A stretch of 63,450 bases of DNA, filler included, from Pelomyxa schiedti (taxonomy: Eukaryota > Protista > Evosea), in assembly GCA_020536535.1 (NCBI GenBank). It is 12 parts of 12 records of this genome, joined end to end, with 100 filler letters (N's around TTAATTAATTAA, not from the genome) between each part and the next. Parts side by side here need not be neighbours in the genome. Positions count along the whole stretch, not along the records: positions 10,453 to 12,829 come from JAHLWZ010002017.1; positions 12,930 to 15,021 come from JAHLWZ010002142.1; positions 15,122 to 19,282 come from JAHLWZ010001632.1; positions 19,383 to 48,047 come from JAHLWZ010001019.1; 8 more parts are not named here. The stretch is one strand, 5' to 3'. The notes below the pieces were generated by a model, which saw only the letters and a list, made by a program, of their open reading frames with translations, was not told the DNA's origin and ran no database searches. Both the position numbers and the translations under genes were made by a program. The first letter of the stretch is position 1. Every line of letters starts with the position of its first letter. Positions 11,480 through 24,200 of this stretch are shown piece after piece.

Positions 11480-11810
11480 GTTAGGTGAGAAATGGTGGCA
11501 ACAGTGGGCAGTGAGTACTTCAAAAAGGAGGGATCAACAAGAAGTCAACTCCAGCTCCAGGAATTGCAAGAACAACCCAAAAGATAATCTGTATGCGATA
11601 AGTAGTGTAAAGAAAAGAGTGAGAGCCCAACATCATCACAAGCAGCTTCCCCATGGCCATGAATGTTTCCTGGCAACCCACAAGAATAGACCCGAGGGTG
11701 ACCACAGCGCAACAAGAAATCATAGTTACCAGCATAACCACAAAGAGATCGTGTGGTGCCAGACTGCTGGTGTATTCCGCAGGGCATCCCGTCAAGGGAA
11801 CAAAAAAATT
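11480..11810 (-). CDS. Exon with multiple hydrophobic (transmembrane) segments, possibly upstream part of the degenerate kinase gene
   Basis: LFVVMLVTMISCCAVVTLGSILVG...IIFWVVLAIPGAGVDFLLIPPF. Confidence 0.35.
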
Positions 11811-13274
11811 TGCCGCTTTTTGCTGGAAAAAAACCGAGTTGGTTTTTTGTTACATAAAAAAAGGTGGTTGATGATGAACACAGTTGCTGTAATGAAATAT
11901 AATTCTCTATCCCCCTTGTAACTGGTCCTCATACACATTATGCGGCGTCAATGAGAGTGTGGCCACCGCGTTGCACAAGTCATTGCCAAACAATCCAAAA
12001 GATGTCCCTCCTGGAAACCGATCCTAGGATCTCCTCATTTTAGCCCTGGAAAAAAAAAGTGCATTGTGAGATTATTATTGTTCTTTCTTGTTATGTTATA
12101 TCCCTCAAGAGCTGTGAGAGGGATCTAGGGGAGGTCTCCATCACCCAGGCCAGGAACCAAGTAAAAAAGAAATTAGAAGAATAACAGAACCTTAAGTCCA
12201 CTATCGTGCGTTTGGGGCTCACATAACTCTAATTTCGTGTTTTTGACACCACCCAGCAGATGAATGACATACATGACCAGTCTAGTTAGTGTAGACTGCA
12301 CTTTTTTTTCCTCCCTAGGATCGTGCTTTCGTTGCAGTCCTGACGGGTCGATATCTCGCCCACGTATTTGGCACTTTTAGCCTCACGTTGACGTAGTCAC
12401 GTCGTTTTTGGCCTCATTATGCTCATACTGCACGAGACCGTTGAATGTATTGTTTGTTTTTTGGTTTTTTGTTTTTTTTCGGATTTTTTTTTTTTTTGGG
12501 TGCCAATGTGGTCAATTTGCCTGTTGTTGTCATCTCTCAACAAATTACCATGGCCTTAAACGTTGTCGTGCGTTGAGACGGTGTTATGTTGTTTTTTTTT
12601 TTTTTTGGAATGGCTCAGTTGTTGTCCAGCGTGCCCCGCGAGTCCAACAACACAACACCGCTGGCATAAAGTGGTTTTGTTGACCACACAGCCCACAGCG
12701 ACAGCAACGACATGTGGGTTTGCTTTGCTCAAAAACCCGATAAATATTTATCAACATAAACAACGACACCTGACGCACAAAGAAGAGACCAAAAACAACA
12801 AGAACAGGCCAGGGCTACGATGTTTTGTTNNNNNNNNNNNNNNNNNNNNNNNNNNNNNNNNNNNNNNNNNNNNTTAATTAATTAANNNNNNNNNNNNNNN
12901 NNNNNNNNNNNNNNNNNNNNNNNNNNNNNTCAAGTGAGTCAGATATTCGGACCATGTGGGAAGCCCGTAGTAAACAACCGCGGTTCAACAGAGAATCCCT
13001 TTGGGCCCACGTTCTTCCACGGCTACAAGAACATCATCTTTGAGGTGGGCCACTTCCTCGGTCATTCCTACCAACCTCCTTCTTACTCATGTATATCACC
13101 AGGTCCTCCCCAACGGCCACTTGGCCTCGGTCTGCCTCTTCACCGACTGACCCTGACCCAACACGCAGGCCCCAGAGCCTTTTTTTTCTGTTCCATGTCC
13201 AGAATATAATATTATGGATCAATCTTTATTATTCGAAGTCACACCGAGCGCCCAATCAACACACCAACGCGCGA

Positions 13275-14716
13275 ATGTGGGGAGCAGACTGCTGGGACGA
13301 CGTAATAGCATCGTCATCATCGTCGAGCACGCGTGGGCGGTCACCGCCGCCTCGGCTCTCTTCCTCGGGGTCGGGCCTCCCGCGGTCACCCACCCCGCCA
13401 TCCCCGACATCGTCGTCGCTGTCGCGCAGTGGGGGTCGCCCGCGGTCGCCGCCATCGGCCAAGACCCCCCCGCCGCACCACCCCTCCTCCGCGTCGACAG
13501 CAGCAACAGCAACAGGAGGGGGCGGCAGGGGAGGGGCGTACCCGCCACTGTCGTCGGCCACCACAGCCACCGTAGCCACCACCACGACGCCCACTAGCAG
13601 CAGCACTACAACAGGGGGGGGCGACGACGGGGGGGTGCCAGCGACCTTCGAGGAGTTCTATGACCACTTGATGGGGGTATCGACGCGGCACATTGTTATG
13701 ACTGAGGCACCACTGCCCGTGTCGCCATCGTGTGCCACGTCGCCGTGCGTCCCCTTCGTTACCCATCCTTGATTGATACAACCTTATAATTATACATGTG
13801 TTGGTGTTGTGTACATTCTCTTATAAAACGAAGTGTAGTACGCCGAGTGAAGGGACTACGACCCACTCTGTATCTTCTTCTCATACAACGAGCGCCTCTA
13901 CTGCTACTGCTACTACTACTAGTGCAACCGCCAAGCCGGATGCCACCGCAGCGCACAGCAGCAGCAGCGTTGATGAGGGTGAAACAGACGAGTGTACAGT
14001 TTGTGGCGGGGAGATAGATGTACTGTCCCTGTCTCGTGGGTGCAGTGTTACGCCTTACCCGTGCGAAGGTCACCCATGCATGTGCAGGCAGCCCAGTTGC
14101 CATGTCGAGTACGTGCAGGTGCGATTACCTTTTTATGTACACAAACTTGCCAAAGTCCTTGACATTCTGCACAGAAAGGACCACAGAAAATGAAGGTCTT
14201 CCCATGTTGTTCCAAGTGCCTTGCACATGGTTTTTTCCCAGTTCCGCCATCTTTTTGTTCTGCCTAACTTCCATAGTGCTGTGGACAACCACCAACGATT
14301 TCATGAAGAAGCAACACCGGTATCGTGGAAAATGCCCCTTTTGCAAAGGTAACTTCTCATTGCCTCATTTTACCTTCACTCATTTTTTCTTACAGCCGAA
14401 TTCTGTCATGAAGACCTTGTTATTCTCTCATTTCCTCCGGTCAAGACTCCATCACCTCCTGTGTCTCTTCCTCCTCCAACAACCCCTCCTCCTAAAAAAC
14501 CACCACCACCCTCCAAGAAGAAGCACCACTAAAATCCAACAATTCGAGCACCACTTCACTCACCACTCCCACATCTTACTCACTTGTAAAAGGCAAGGGC
14601 CAAAAATAAACTGTCTCTTGTACACAACAAAACAAAAAGGGATAAGTATTAACAACAAGCTAGTTACTTCCAGTACTAGTACTGGCACTACTGTTTGCAG
14701 AAATGACCCTTGGTGA
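13275..14716 (+). CDS. Ser/Thr/Pro-rich protein with Cys/His-rich (RING-like) region
   Basis: The first exon is low complexity (MWGADCWDD...). Later exons carry ECTVCGG...PCEGHPCMC...CH...GKCPFCK. Confidence 0.5.
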
Positions 14717-15121
14717 TGGCGATGGTGACGAACCAGTACTGAGGCAGGTGGATGATGGTGATGATGATGGAGCACCCGTGCTGTTTGTTCTTGTGGATGT
14801 GGGCGCCCCTGTGCTGCTTGAGGGTGTTGTTGTGTTTGTTGGTGCCCCGGTGCTACTGCTTGTTGATGTGCTGGATTGGTTGTTTGAGGTTGCTGGTGCG
14901 GCAATGCGGGCCTGTATTAGTGTTTGAATCATGTCAGAACACTTGCCGGAAAGCTTGGTGGTCTCTAAGTCATGAGCAAAGAATAAATTCGGAGCAATGG
15001 TGATGGCTGTTGTTATGTGAGNNNNNNNNNNNNNNNNNNNNNNNNNNNNNNNNNNNNNNNNNNNNTTAATTAATTAANNNNNNNNNNNNNNNNNNNNNNN
15101 NNNNNNNNNNNNNNNNNNNNN

Positions 15122-18100
15122 TGTGACTCTGATGGCGGTGGTGGAACTGGGAACGACGTGACGAGTGCCTCCGTGGTGAATCGTGACATGTCGTGGTTGA
15201 GGCTGCTGCCAATGGCCTTGCGCCCTGGTGGCAGGAGTAGATCGTAGAACGTGAGTGCGAGTGCAAACGAGTCGCACTTGGAGTATGAGAACATGGTGCT
15301 TCCACCCCTCATGAGATTATGTGCGAGTGTGCTGAGTTCAGGTGGCATGGTGCCCACGTTGCCCCACGGTAGTGTGACGTGTGATATCATGCAGTCCAGA
15401 TTGGTGTTGAGGCACCGCTGAGCTTCCCCAAACCCTATCATTGTGACTTTGCTGGTTTCCGGGTCGACCAAAATTCTGTTTTCCTTGATGTCTCTGTGTT
15501 GTGATATCAGTGTTGTGAATTGAGAGAAGATTGCACCTGTGCGCAACGGAATTTGATTCGATGTGATGTACCGCCTTGAGTGCTTGCTTGAAAACGTTCA
15601 ATGTCACATCAACAATATTCGCCTGTGCACTTTGGTGAGAAAAGTGAAGACCGGAGGTTGCACACACAGGATCCAGGGTGGATAAAAATTTGGGCAGTGT
15701 GATGCCACAAAGAGGCAACAGAATCGCCACTGACTTGTTTAAAGCAAGGTCTCGTAAGAAGGACTGCTCTTTTGGAATGGCGTCAACAAATTCATCTGGT
15801 AACCTTATTGGGTGTGTTGAGCAGGATTCATCATGACTAAAAGAAGAAACCTTGGGATGATGATCGCACCCAACGGGTGAATCACATTCGGGTGATGCGG
15901 GATAGCAGACAGATTCATACACTCCACCATGTACTTCCGCCTCGGGATCGTATCCCCTTGTGTGTTTTCCCAGTTGAACGTAACTTTCATGATCATCTTA
16001 TTGGACAAGGATGCCGGTCTGGAAGAGGACAGTTCCGGTGTTGTTCCCTTGTATATCACCTGGAAGGCAATGCCAGAAGATCCTGATGCAAGGAGTTTAT
16101 CAAAGGTGAAGTCTGAAACACCGGCCAAAATAAGTGCTGACATGCTGCTGAGCTCTTCCTGTGGTGGCAAAGGAAATTAAGTCAGGGATAAGGACTCTTG
16201 AGCTATTCACCTTGAATCTTCTTGTATCTTCATCCAAATGTGCCTGCATGTTGTTTTTGTTAATTAATTAATTATGGCTGGAGGAATGGAATAAAAGGTC
16301 AAAAAACAAAAAAGACCTGCAGTATTCTCATTTGTTCTTCACGATTGTTCAGAGAGGCCTGCATGACTTCCTTATCATGTTGCAGTTGTCGAATAAGCCC
16401 TTCGTGCTGCCTATTTGTGGTTGACACCGCAATAACACTGTCACTTGTGTTGAGAGGGAGGGAAGATGCTGTGGTGGTGGGGAGTGCTGAGATGGCCTGA
16501 TCAGCACCCATCCTCTTGCTCTTTTCTGCGTTCATCATCCCAACAATCACTTCCAGAAGCCGTTGCTGTTTTTCTGAACTGATCGTAATCGGGAACGCCG
16601 ATACCAGAGCCTGTGTTGTGAACTGGCACATGTTTCCATTCATGCGGCTTCCAATAAACTTGTGTTCAGGTGGCAGGAAGGCATCATAAAACGTTAGCGC
16701 GAGGGCAAACGAGTCACACTTTGAGTACGAGAACATGGCTGCGCTGTTGGTCTTGATGAGGTACCGGAGAAGGGTGCTGAGCTCTGGTGGCATTGTGCCA
16801 GCATTGCCCCATGGTTGAGTGGTTGGTGAGACCATTGAGAGTGAGCTTTCTGGTTTCTGGGTCAACTAAGATGTTGTCTTCCTTTATGTCTCTGTGTGTA
16901 TTATTGAGGGAAGCATCCAGAAGGATGGGGGTTTATCGCGCACTTGTGGACAATCGAATTGGCTTCAATGTGGTGGACTGCCTGGAGTGCTTGTCTGAAA
17001 GTATCCACAGCCACTTCATCAATGTTTCCCTGCAAAAAACCGGAGGGATGAGAACCGCGAAGAATAGAATTGGATTGAATACGTACAAATGAAGACAAAA
17101 ATCGTGACAAGGGTATCCCACAAAAAGGCATGAGAAATGCAAGCGACCTGTTGACTGCAATTTCCCGGAAGAATGTTCTATCTTTTGGGAGGGATTCCAT
17201 GAAGTCATCCGGCAACCTTTTTTTTTTGGACAAGTTTGTTGATAAGAACTCGGGAAGTCAAGGAAGAAAAACCTTGGGATGACGATGGCACCCAACGGGT
17301 GAATCACATTTGGGTGATGCAGGAACGAAGCCAGAGTCACACACTCAGCCATGTACTTCTGCCTCAGGATCGTCTGCCTTTCTGTGCTCTCCCAGTTGAA
17401 TAAAACTTTCATCACCATCGTTGTTCCCTCTGTCATGGTTGATGCTTGTAGACTTGTTCCTCCTGGAGGTCCAGAAGTTGTGTTCCTGTGGAACTGCACC
17501 ATAAATGCAGCAGCACTTGCACCTGTTCCCAGGAGCCGACCCAATGTGAAGTCAGTGATATCTGCTGAAATCAGTGATGTCATTGACTCGACCATGCACT
17601 GTGTGTTGGTGTATTCATCAGAATCACAATAAGAGGTGGTACAAACCGACACAGAAGGACCTGGTATCTCGCCACGTCTTCATTGCATTTATTCTGCATT
17701 GCTCTCTTCTCATCTTGAAGCTGTTGTATCATCCTTTTTGCCTGCCCTCTTTATTGTGAGGATCCGTCACAAACACACAACAAACGACGAAAATGAAACC
17801 GTACTTCCTCCGCCTCTGACTCCAAGAAAGTAATTTGTTTTTTATGTTCTTCGATTTCCTGTGAAAGAACTGGGAGCATGAAAAAAAATAAAATGTCTAA
17901 TACCGATTGGTGTTTGGCACGCTCGTCCATCAGAATCTTTCTTGTGGCTTCTAATTCGGCGGTGATACCCCCTTTTGTTGTGTCGTTGCCACCCGGTCGT
18001 GCTGCCCCTTTCATTTTCGTGATGATTCCGCGAAGAGATGCTCTCATCGCATTTGCGATAACTTGTTTTTTGACCAATTTGTTGGCAGTACAAGACTCTA

Positions 18101-18740
18101 ATAATAACCCTCATCTGCCCAAACCAAGCCAGATCTTTGTTTCTTCAGACTTGGTCAGCTTTCCACCACGTATCTCCTCCAGAGTGATGCCAAGCTGTTG
18201 CATTGTGAACGTGGCCACATGTGGTGATGCTGACACCACTCCCAGGAAGTGTGTGCGTATGAAGGTTGCATCAATTGCATCACTGTAGTGGCTGAGTATC
18301 GCTTGCCACCCTGCAAGGTCGCTGTAAGAGCTTGGAGACAGCCGCGTGTCAAACATGGACACAACCTATTATTGGTGTAATTGCTGAAAGGGGATGGGAG
18401 CTGTGTTTTTGTTTGTTTTTTTAGGGAACACATACATCATCCAGGGGGATGTCAAAGGTGGAAAGAAGCCACCGTGCACATCGGTTCTTGCCAACAGAAA
18501 GAAGCCTGAACAAGAGAGCATTGTGATCCCTGTTGATGTGGTTGTACTGCAGGTTGAACTTGCAGATCACCCACTTGACGCTGCTGCTGGATGGAACCGG
18601 TGGGGACACGTCAGAAGTGAGGCACTGGCCCATGAACTGCGGAGTAAGCAGTGGGGAATCCTCCCCAACAGAGTGGATGAGGCGCTGCAGGACTTGCAGG
18701 TCATGCTTCATGAGATCTGTCAGGAGAGTACTCAGTTTGT
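15122..18740 (-). pseudogene. Ankyrin-like/helical region + coiled coil + two tandem atypical (PINK1-like) kinase domains; kinase 1 frameshifted; both ends incomplete
   Basis: Two copies of LG.G.SxxAF...VMKV.FNWE...KYM.EC..L....HHPNVIHPLGAI.IPRLPD.F...SxA.L.P.CG...H[RK]DIKE..ILVDPET...PWGN.GTMPPE...YSKCDSFALALTFYD. Kinase 1 lacks the DFG segment and shifts frame at ~16836. Kinase 2 has GFG instead of DFG. Confidence 0.75.
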
Positions 18741-18743
18741 TTA

Positions 18744-19282
18744 GGGGCACGTCCCTGAACCAACCAGGAAACCATAACTGGTTCACGCTGGCGCACTTTG
18801 TGTTTCATTGTCTCAAAGTGCGCCTGAGCGGACATTGAACACAAAGTGCGCCAAATGGGAACTTTGGCGAACCGACTCTGAAAAACCACGTGACACAAAG
18901 TGCGCCGCGGCGCACTTTGTGTCATGTCACTTTGACGGTGATTTTTTGGATTTACTAAAAATCATGACTAAATGGTGGGAATCGTGTGCCCCCAACGTTT
19001 TTTGTGTTGTACACTGGCTCAAACAACCGAACAACACGTTTTCCAGGTGAACCACAACACTCTACCACCACGAACACAAAGTGCCCCGACCGACCGGCGC
19101 ACTTTGTGTTTTTTGACTGGACCAACACCGTGACACAAAGTGCGCCATGGTGCCACTTGGTGCACTTTGTGTCCCGTCAATCGTCAGTCTCAAAGTGCGC
19201 CGAGTGGCGCACTTTGTGTTTTCTCAATGCCGATGCCGGGAAACGTGAACTTGTGAGTGTTCTGCTGATTGTCGCGCACTCT
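18744..19282. mobile_element. Probable DNA-transposon terminus with an array of ACACAAAGTGCGCC motifs in alternating orientation
   Basis: About 11 copies of the motif at 18790-19220, including a perfect 34-bp palindrome at 18891-18924. It begins TTA|GGGGCAC and abruptly truncates the coding region to its left. Confidence 0.55.
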
Positions 19283-19382
19283 NNNNNNNNNNNNNNNNNN
19301 NNNNNNNNNNNNNNNNNNNNNNNNNNTTAATTAATTAANNNNNNNNNNNNNNNNNNNNNNNNNNNNNNNNNNNNNNNNNNNN

Positions 19383-20257
19383 TAAGCGTTTCGTGAAGGA
19401 TTTTTTTAAAAAAGAATTAGTTTTTGGAATGGAACCTTGTTTGTAACCAGCAGCTACTGACTGTGACCGTGTGCCACCACTGCTCAACAACAAAAACCAT
19501 CATTCACAAGGGATATAGACAATGGTTATGGTGTGTGTGTCAGTGAGTGTTGAGGTGAGAGTGAGCAAAACAGAACAAAAAGAAAACCCAGCCAACAACA
19601 AAGGACCCCTTAAAAAAAAATCTTGAAAAGAAAAGTAAACAAACAAGCCCCCTACAATAAGCCAACATCACAACACGAGAACAGAAATATGAGCAAAAAC
19701 CACTTGCTTGCCACTCATTCAGGAAAGAAAATGGAAAATTTTTTTTTTTTTTTTGCCTCATCATCTGTGCTTCTTCCTTTTTTCTTTCTTTTTTTTTTTT
19801 TCCCCCCAGCATCATTTTGTTGCTTCTTCGTAATTCGCAGCCAGCCAGAGTCTGTCTTTCTTCTTCAAAGGAAGCCACCACACCACCAAGAACAAGTGGG
19901 TCTGCTCACTACAAGATACAAAGGGGGTGTAGCTCAATTGGTAGAGCGCTCGTTTTGCATACGAGAGGCAGGGGGATCGAAACCCTCCACCTCCATTAGT
20001 CTTTTCTTCTTCTTTTCCCGTTTTTTTTAAGGGGTCCTTTGTTGTTGGCTGGGTTTTCTTTTTGTTCTGTTTTGCTCACTCTCACCTCAACACTCACTGA
20101 CACACACACCATAACCATTGTCTATATCCCTTGTGCATGATGGTTTTTGTTGTTGAGCAGTGGTGGCACACGGTCACAGTCAGTAGCTGCTGGTTACAAA
20201 CAAGGTTCCATTCCAAAAACTAATTCTTTTTTAAAAAAATCCTTCACGAAACGCTTA
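19383..20257. repeat. ~237-bp near-perfect inverted repeat (19383-19620 / 20021-20257) flanking tRNA-Ala
   Basis: The arms are reverse complements. By eye there is one substitution (CATTCAC vs CATGCAC). The left arm runs to the contig start. Confidence 0.92.
19923..19995 (+). tRNA. tRNA-Ala(TGC)
   Basis: GGGGGTG/CACCTCC acceptor stem with G3:U70; D arm GCTC..GAGC; anticodon arm CTCGT-TTTGCAT-ACGAG; T loop ATCGAAA (A54, as in eukaryotic tRNA-Ala). Confidence 0.96.
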
Positions 20258-20294
20258 ATAGTAGCCATGGCGGTCACAGCGTGGTTATGTGCCA

Positions 20295-20366
20295 TCCCTG
20301 GTAGTATAATGGCTAGTATTTTCGCCTGTCACGCGAAAGATCGGAGTTCAATCCTCCGCCAGGGAG
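20295..20366 (+). tRNA. tRNA-Asp(GTC)
   Basis: TCCCTGG/CCAGGGA acceptor; anticodon arm TTCGC-CTGTCAC-GCGAA; T loop TTCAATC; downstream T-run terminator. Confidence 0.95.
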
Positions 20367-20502
20367 AGATATCTTTTTGGGTTTTTTTTTCTTTTGTGGT
20401 GGGAATGCCACAGGCATTAAAAAATAATAGAAAATGGAGCAACATCAGCAGCAGCAGCACCCTACTAGTCCTCGTTCAGTTCACAAGCGTGTATTGTATC
20501 AA

Positions 20503-20573
20503 GCACACGTGGTTTAGGGGTATAATTCTCGCCTGCCACGCGGGAGACCCGAGTTCGATTCTCGGCGTGTGCA
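20503..20573 (+). tRNA. tRNA-Gly(GCC)
   Basis: GCACACG/CGTGTGC acceptor; anticodon arm CTCGC-CTGCCAC-GCGGG; T arm CCGAG-TTCGATT-CTCGG; downstream T-run. Confidence 0.96.
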
Positions 20574-20778
20574 AGATCTTTTTTTCCCCTGAGTCTGCTG
20601 TACACTTTTTGCCTGCTCTGTAGCACTACTATGTTGTAGCCTGCACACAATAACAACCAAGAGTTGTATTTAGTTTTGTATTACCCACCCAAAAGAGACT
20701 CGCTTTGCTCGTGCCCTTTTGGGTGGTTACCTCTTTTCCCCTTTCTTTTTTTTTTAAAACCAACCACACCTTCGTTGG

Positions 20779-21183
20779 ATGTCGTCTCCAATCAAAGTTA
20801 ATACCAACCCCTCTGCGGACCTAGTGGGGCAGGCCAAGACGTGGCCAACGTGGGGCTGTGGTGTCTCGCGGTTCCCATGGACCTATTCAGGCACGGAAAC
20901 GGCTTACATGATATCGGGTGAAGTACGCACAATTCCGTTCGTTATGGCTGTTGTTTTAGTTTGGTGCTGTTGAGTCTCCTCTAATGAGCTCTTTCTTTCT
21001 ACCCAAGGTAGTGATAACGCCTGACGGAGGGGAACCTGTGACGATCAGGGCTGGTTACATGTGGACGTGCCCTGATGGTCTCAATGTGACCTGGGATGTA
21101 AAGGTGCTTTTTTTTTCGTTTGGGCAAGGTCCTATCTAAAAATGTGGCAGTCTCCTGTCAAGAAACACTACACGTTTGAGTGA
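20779..21183 (+). CDS. Cupin_3 / DUF861 (EutQ-like) small cupin, 3 exons
   Basis: MSSPIKV...WPTWGCGVSRFPWTYSGTETAYMISGE / VVITPDGGEPVTIRAGYMWTCPDGLNVTWDVK / SPVKKHYTFE*. WP.W.C..S.F.W.Y...E..Y...G and TWDV...V.KHY are family hallmarks. Confidence 0.88.
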
Positions 21184-21284
21184 AAGTTTCATGGTAACAA
21201 GAGAAGGCCAGCCTAACAAAGATACATGAATTACAAGATGTAATTCATTTATATTAAACATTTTTTTTTTTTTCAAGTGGTGAT

Positions 21285-24200
21285 TTAGTGACTACCAGGG
21301 GTGCTTTGTATCGTTATTGTGAAATTGGGTGCCAAATCCTTAAGAATTTTAGATTACTGAGAGGAGTTTTGTGGGAGGAGTGAGACAAACCTTGCTTTTG
21401 CAGCCTTTGTCTAAATCACCCTTTACAAATACGGTACTGTCCGCTACAAATAGGGTGTTGAACCAGAAACTAACAAGTTTGTCGGCATGGGCTGAAAATA
21501 TCTCTACGTTCACATCCCCACACATGTCGACTTCCTTTGGCAGTTGCAATTCGAATTGTACATCAGGGGCAGGTGATGCGGCTGTAACACTAGAAAACTA
21601 TATATTGCTCAGTACACACAAAGAAAAAAAATCCACCACCTTATAGAACCGCTTGTGTATCAATTTTCCTCCGTTTCGCACAGCAAGGTAAACACCTTTT
21701 ATGATTTTAGAGTTAGGGTGTTTGGACAGATAGTAACCTGCACGGAATGGGGAAGAAACAGGATTCAGGGTAACACCCGTTAGTGATCGAGTAATTTTGA
21801 TGTACTTTGGTCTGTCTGGATGGAAAAGCAAACTTCCAAAGTAGTGGACGTATCTGACTTGGCTGGGAATTGTTACACCCTGCAAAACAAGTTATTTCCT
21901 GATTTCTTTCACCAAGTGGATACCTTGCCGTCATGAGTACGAGCAGTTGCATAATGTTTCAGAGCTTCATCAATAGATGAGACTTGCCCTGAATACATAA
22001 GATAGCAGCATATCATTACACCTGTTCTGCCCTAGACACCATAAGAAGGTGGTAATGTGAGGGAGCACTTACTTTTCCCGCCTTGCAGTGAACTGCAGCT
22101 ATATTTGCTGGGTCTTCCTTTAGCCATGCATCCTAGAAAGTGTAAGTGCTAATTTCCCCCTTCTGAGATTTACGCAATCCTTGCAGAACATCTCCATCAA
22201 TTCAAAAGGTGGGGCACCATGATCAGAGAAAGGGAAAATCCCAACTGGGGAAATTAGCATGTCAATGGCTGCATTTTTATACCTCTGTTATAGAACATGG
22301 AAGGAGGGTAACTGCGTTCAGAACATCTGAGACAAAAAAGATGGTGAAAAAACCGTCTCCGATAAAATTATGAGAAAGCATACAAATTGTACACTTTGTA
22401 GTGAATCCCGTGCATTTGGTTGAGAAACCTGCACCCGGTTTATTAGGTGAACTACACATAAAAGCATACCTGAGCACTTCTGAATATGGGTTTCGTACTG
22501 CAGCTTCAAAGCCTGTGGCAGGGTAACCCATAGCAATTATCCGATTTGTGATATCTTACGAGGAATTAAGAATGGAGAGGAAAAAAGTAGACAATTTTAC
22601 AAGAGAGATCAAGATCAAAGCCATTGGCAACATAACGTCTCTTTTTTTTAGAAACAGCTGATCGCAGTGGATTAGACCATTTGCCATCAGATTTCTAATT
22701 GCAAAGTGAGAAGCTATGTTGGACAAATTCAGGAAACCTCGGTAGTATTTACAGTCAGTGTTTGAGTTACAGTAGTAGTTGGATGGGCTGGACCAGTTGT
22801 AGAAGCCACTGCAGATGACATTTCAGGTTCCTTTGCATTCTTCATTCTTCCCCTCTCTTTTTTCTTGTGGTGATGTTTGTGGCGTCTTCTCTCAGCATTT
22901 TCATCTATACTTCGTTTATGATGTCTTCCCTCAACTGGGTACTCTTCACCGAGGTTGTGGTGCAAAGTACCCAAATCACTTCTTTTTTCAAACTGAGCGT
23001 TCCTACTTCTATGCTTTTTGCCTCTACCCCTGCTGTGGCTTCGACTGCGACTATGGCTTTGGCTGCTGTAACTGCTACTGCTACTGAAGCTGCGGCTGCG
23101 GCTGCGGCTGCGCCCATGGTTATGGTTGCGATTGGGGCTGTGGCTCCCACTTAATTTATGCTTGGAAGACTTGTGTGCTTTCTTGCTTTTGCTTCTGTGT
23201 TTCCTTTTGTCCCTTGAAGTACTTCGACTTCTGCTTGGGCTTTGCACCACAGCGTTCCTGGTTCTATTTTCTCTTCTATTTTCAGCACCGGGACTGTTGC
23301 TCCTACTTTCGCTGTTACTGGGACTCCCAATAGGACTTCTGCTCCTGCTTCTGCTTCTGCTCCCATTCCAACTTCCTGCTTCCTCTTGCACAAATTGTTC
23401 TGCATCACTGTATTCGTCACTCCAGTCATCAGCACTGCTACTAACACTCCAGCTTCGACTGCTAGTTGCGCTGTCTGGCTCATCTTGTGGAATGGAAGAT
23501 AATGCACCCTTGTGAAGGTGCCTGTTGACCTGATCTGTATGTCTGCTCTTGGGCAAAAGTGAAACAGGATCTTCTCTATCATTTTTGGGGTGTTTGCTGT
23601 GCTTGTGCTTGGGTTCAGATAGCTTCTCATGGCTTATCTTTCTTATTCCACCACTTACATTTCCACTTGCGTCGTCAGCACTTCCTTGAGAACTACCACT
23701 CTCTGTATCAGTGGTGCTTTCATTTGTGTACCTCATGTCGGTGCCCTCCCACCAACCACTTGTGGATGAACTCACGCCCAGAGGTGGTGAAGTACTGCGA
23801 TGGGATTTTTGAGGTGAAGCAGCAGAAGTAGGTTGTATGCTCCCCTTGGAATTTGCTCTATTATTGCTCAGAGAGCCGGACACTACCAATGAATTATTAT
23901 TGGGTGTTCCAGTAGGATAATGCTGAGCCGTTGGCTGCTGAGTAGAAACGTAAGGAATCAAAGGCCTATCTCGAGTCTGAGTGATAGCCACTGTACCGGC
24001 CCTGGCCCTAGACGAAGGCTTTGGAATAGGGGTCACAACTTCAGGAGAGCCCACTCTGGCAACATTATGGTCTCTCCCGGGATCGATCTCGCGACCCCCA
24101 GAGCCCCCCCTCTCTCTTTCCTGATCACCTTCCCTGCCCCTGTCCCTGTCCCTCTCACGGTCCCTATCCCTGTCTCTGTCTCTCTCGCGGTCCCGCCCGC

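Noticed and set aside
12340-12410. Cluster of CACGT/ACGT motifs
   Set aside because: Too short and unstructured to support a regulatory or transposon call.
18790-19220. Possible CRISPR array
   Set aside because: Repeats are ~14 bp, alternate in orientation and have irregular spacing; eukaryotic context with no cas genes.
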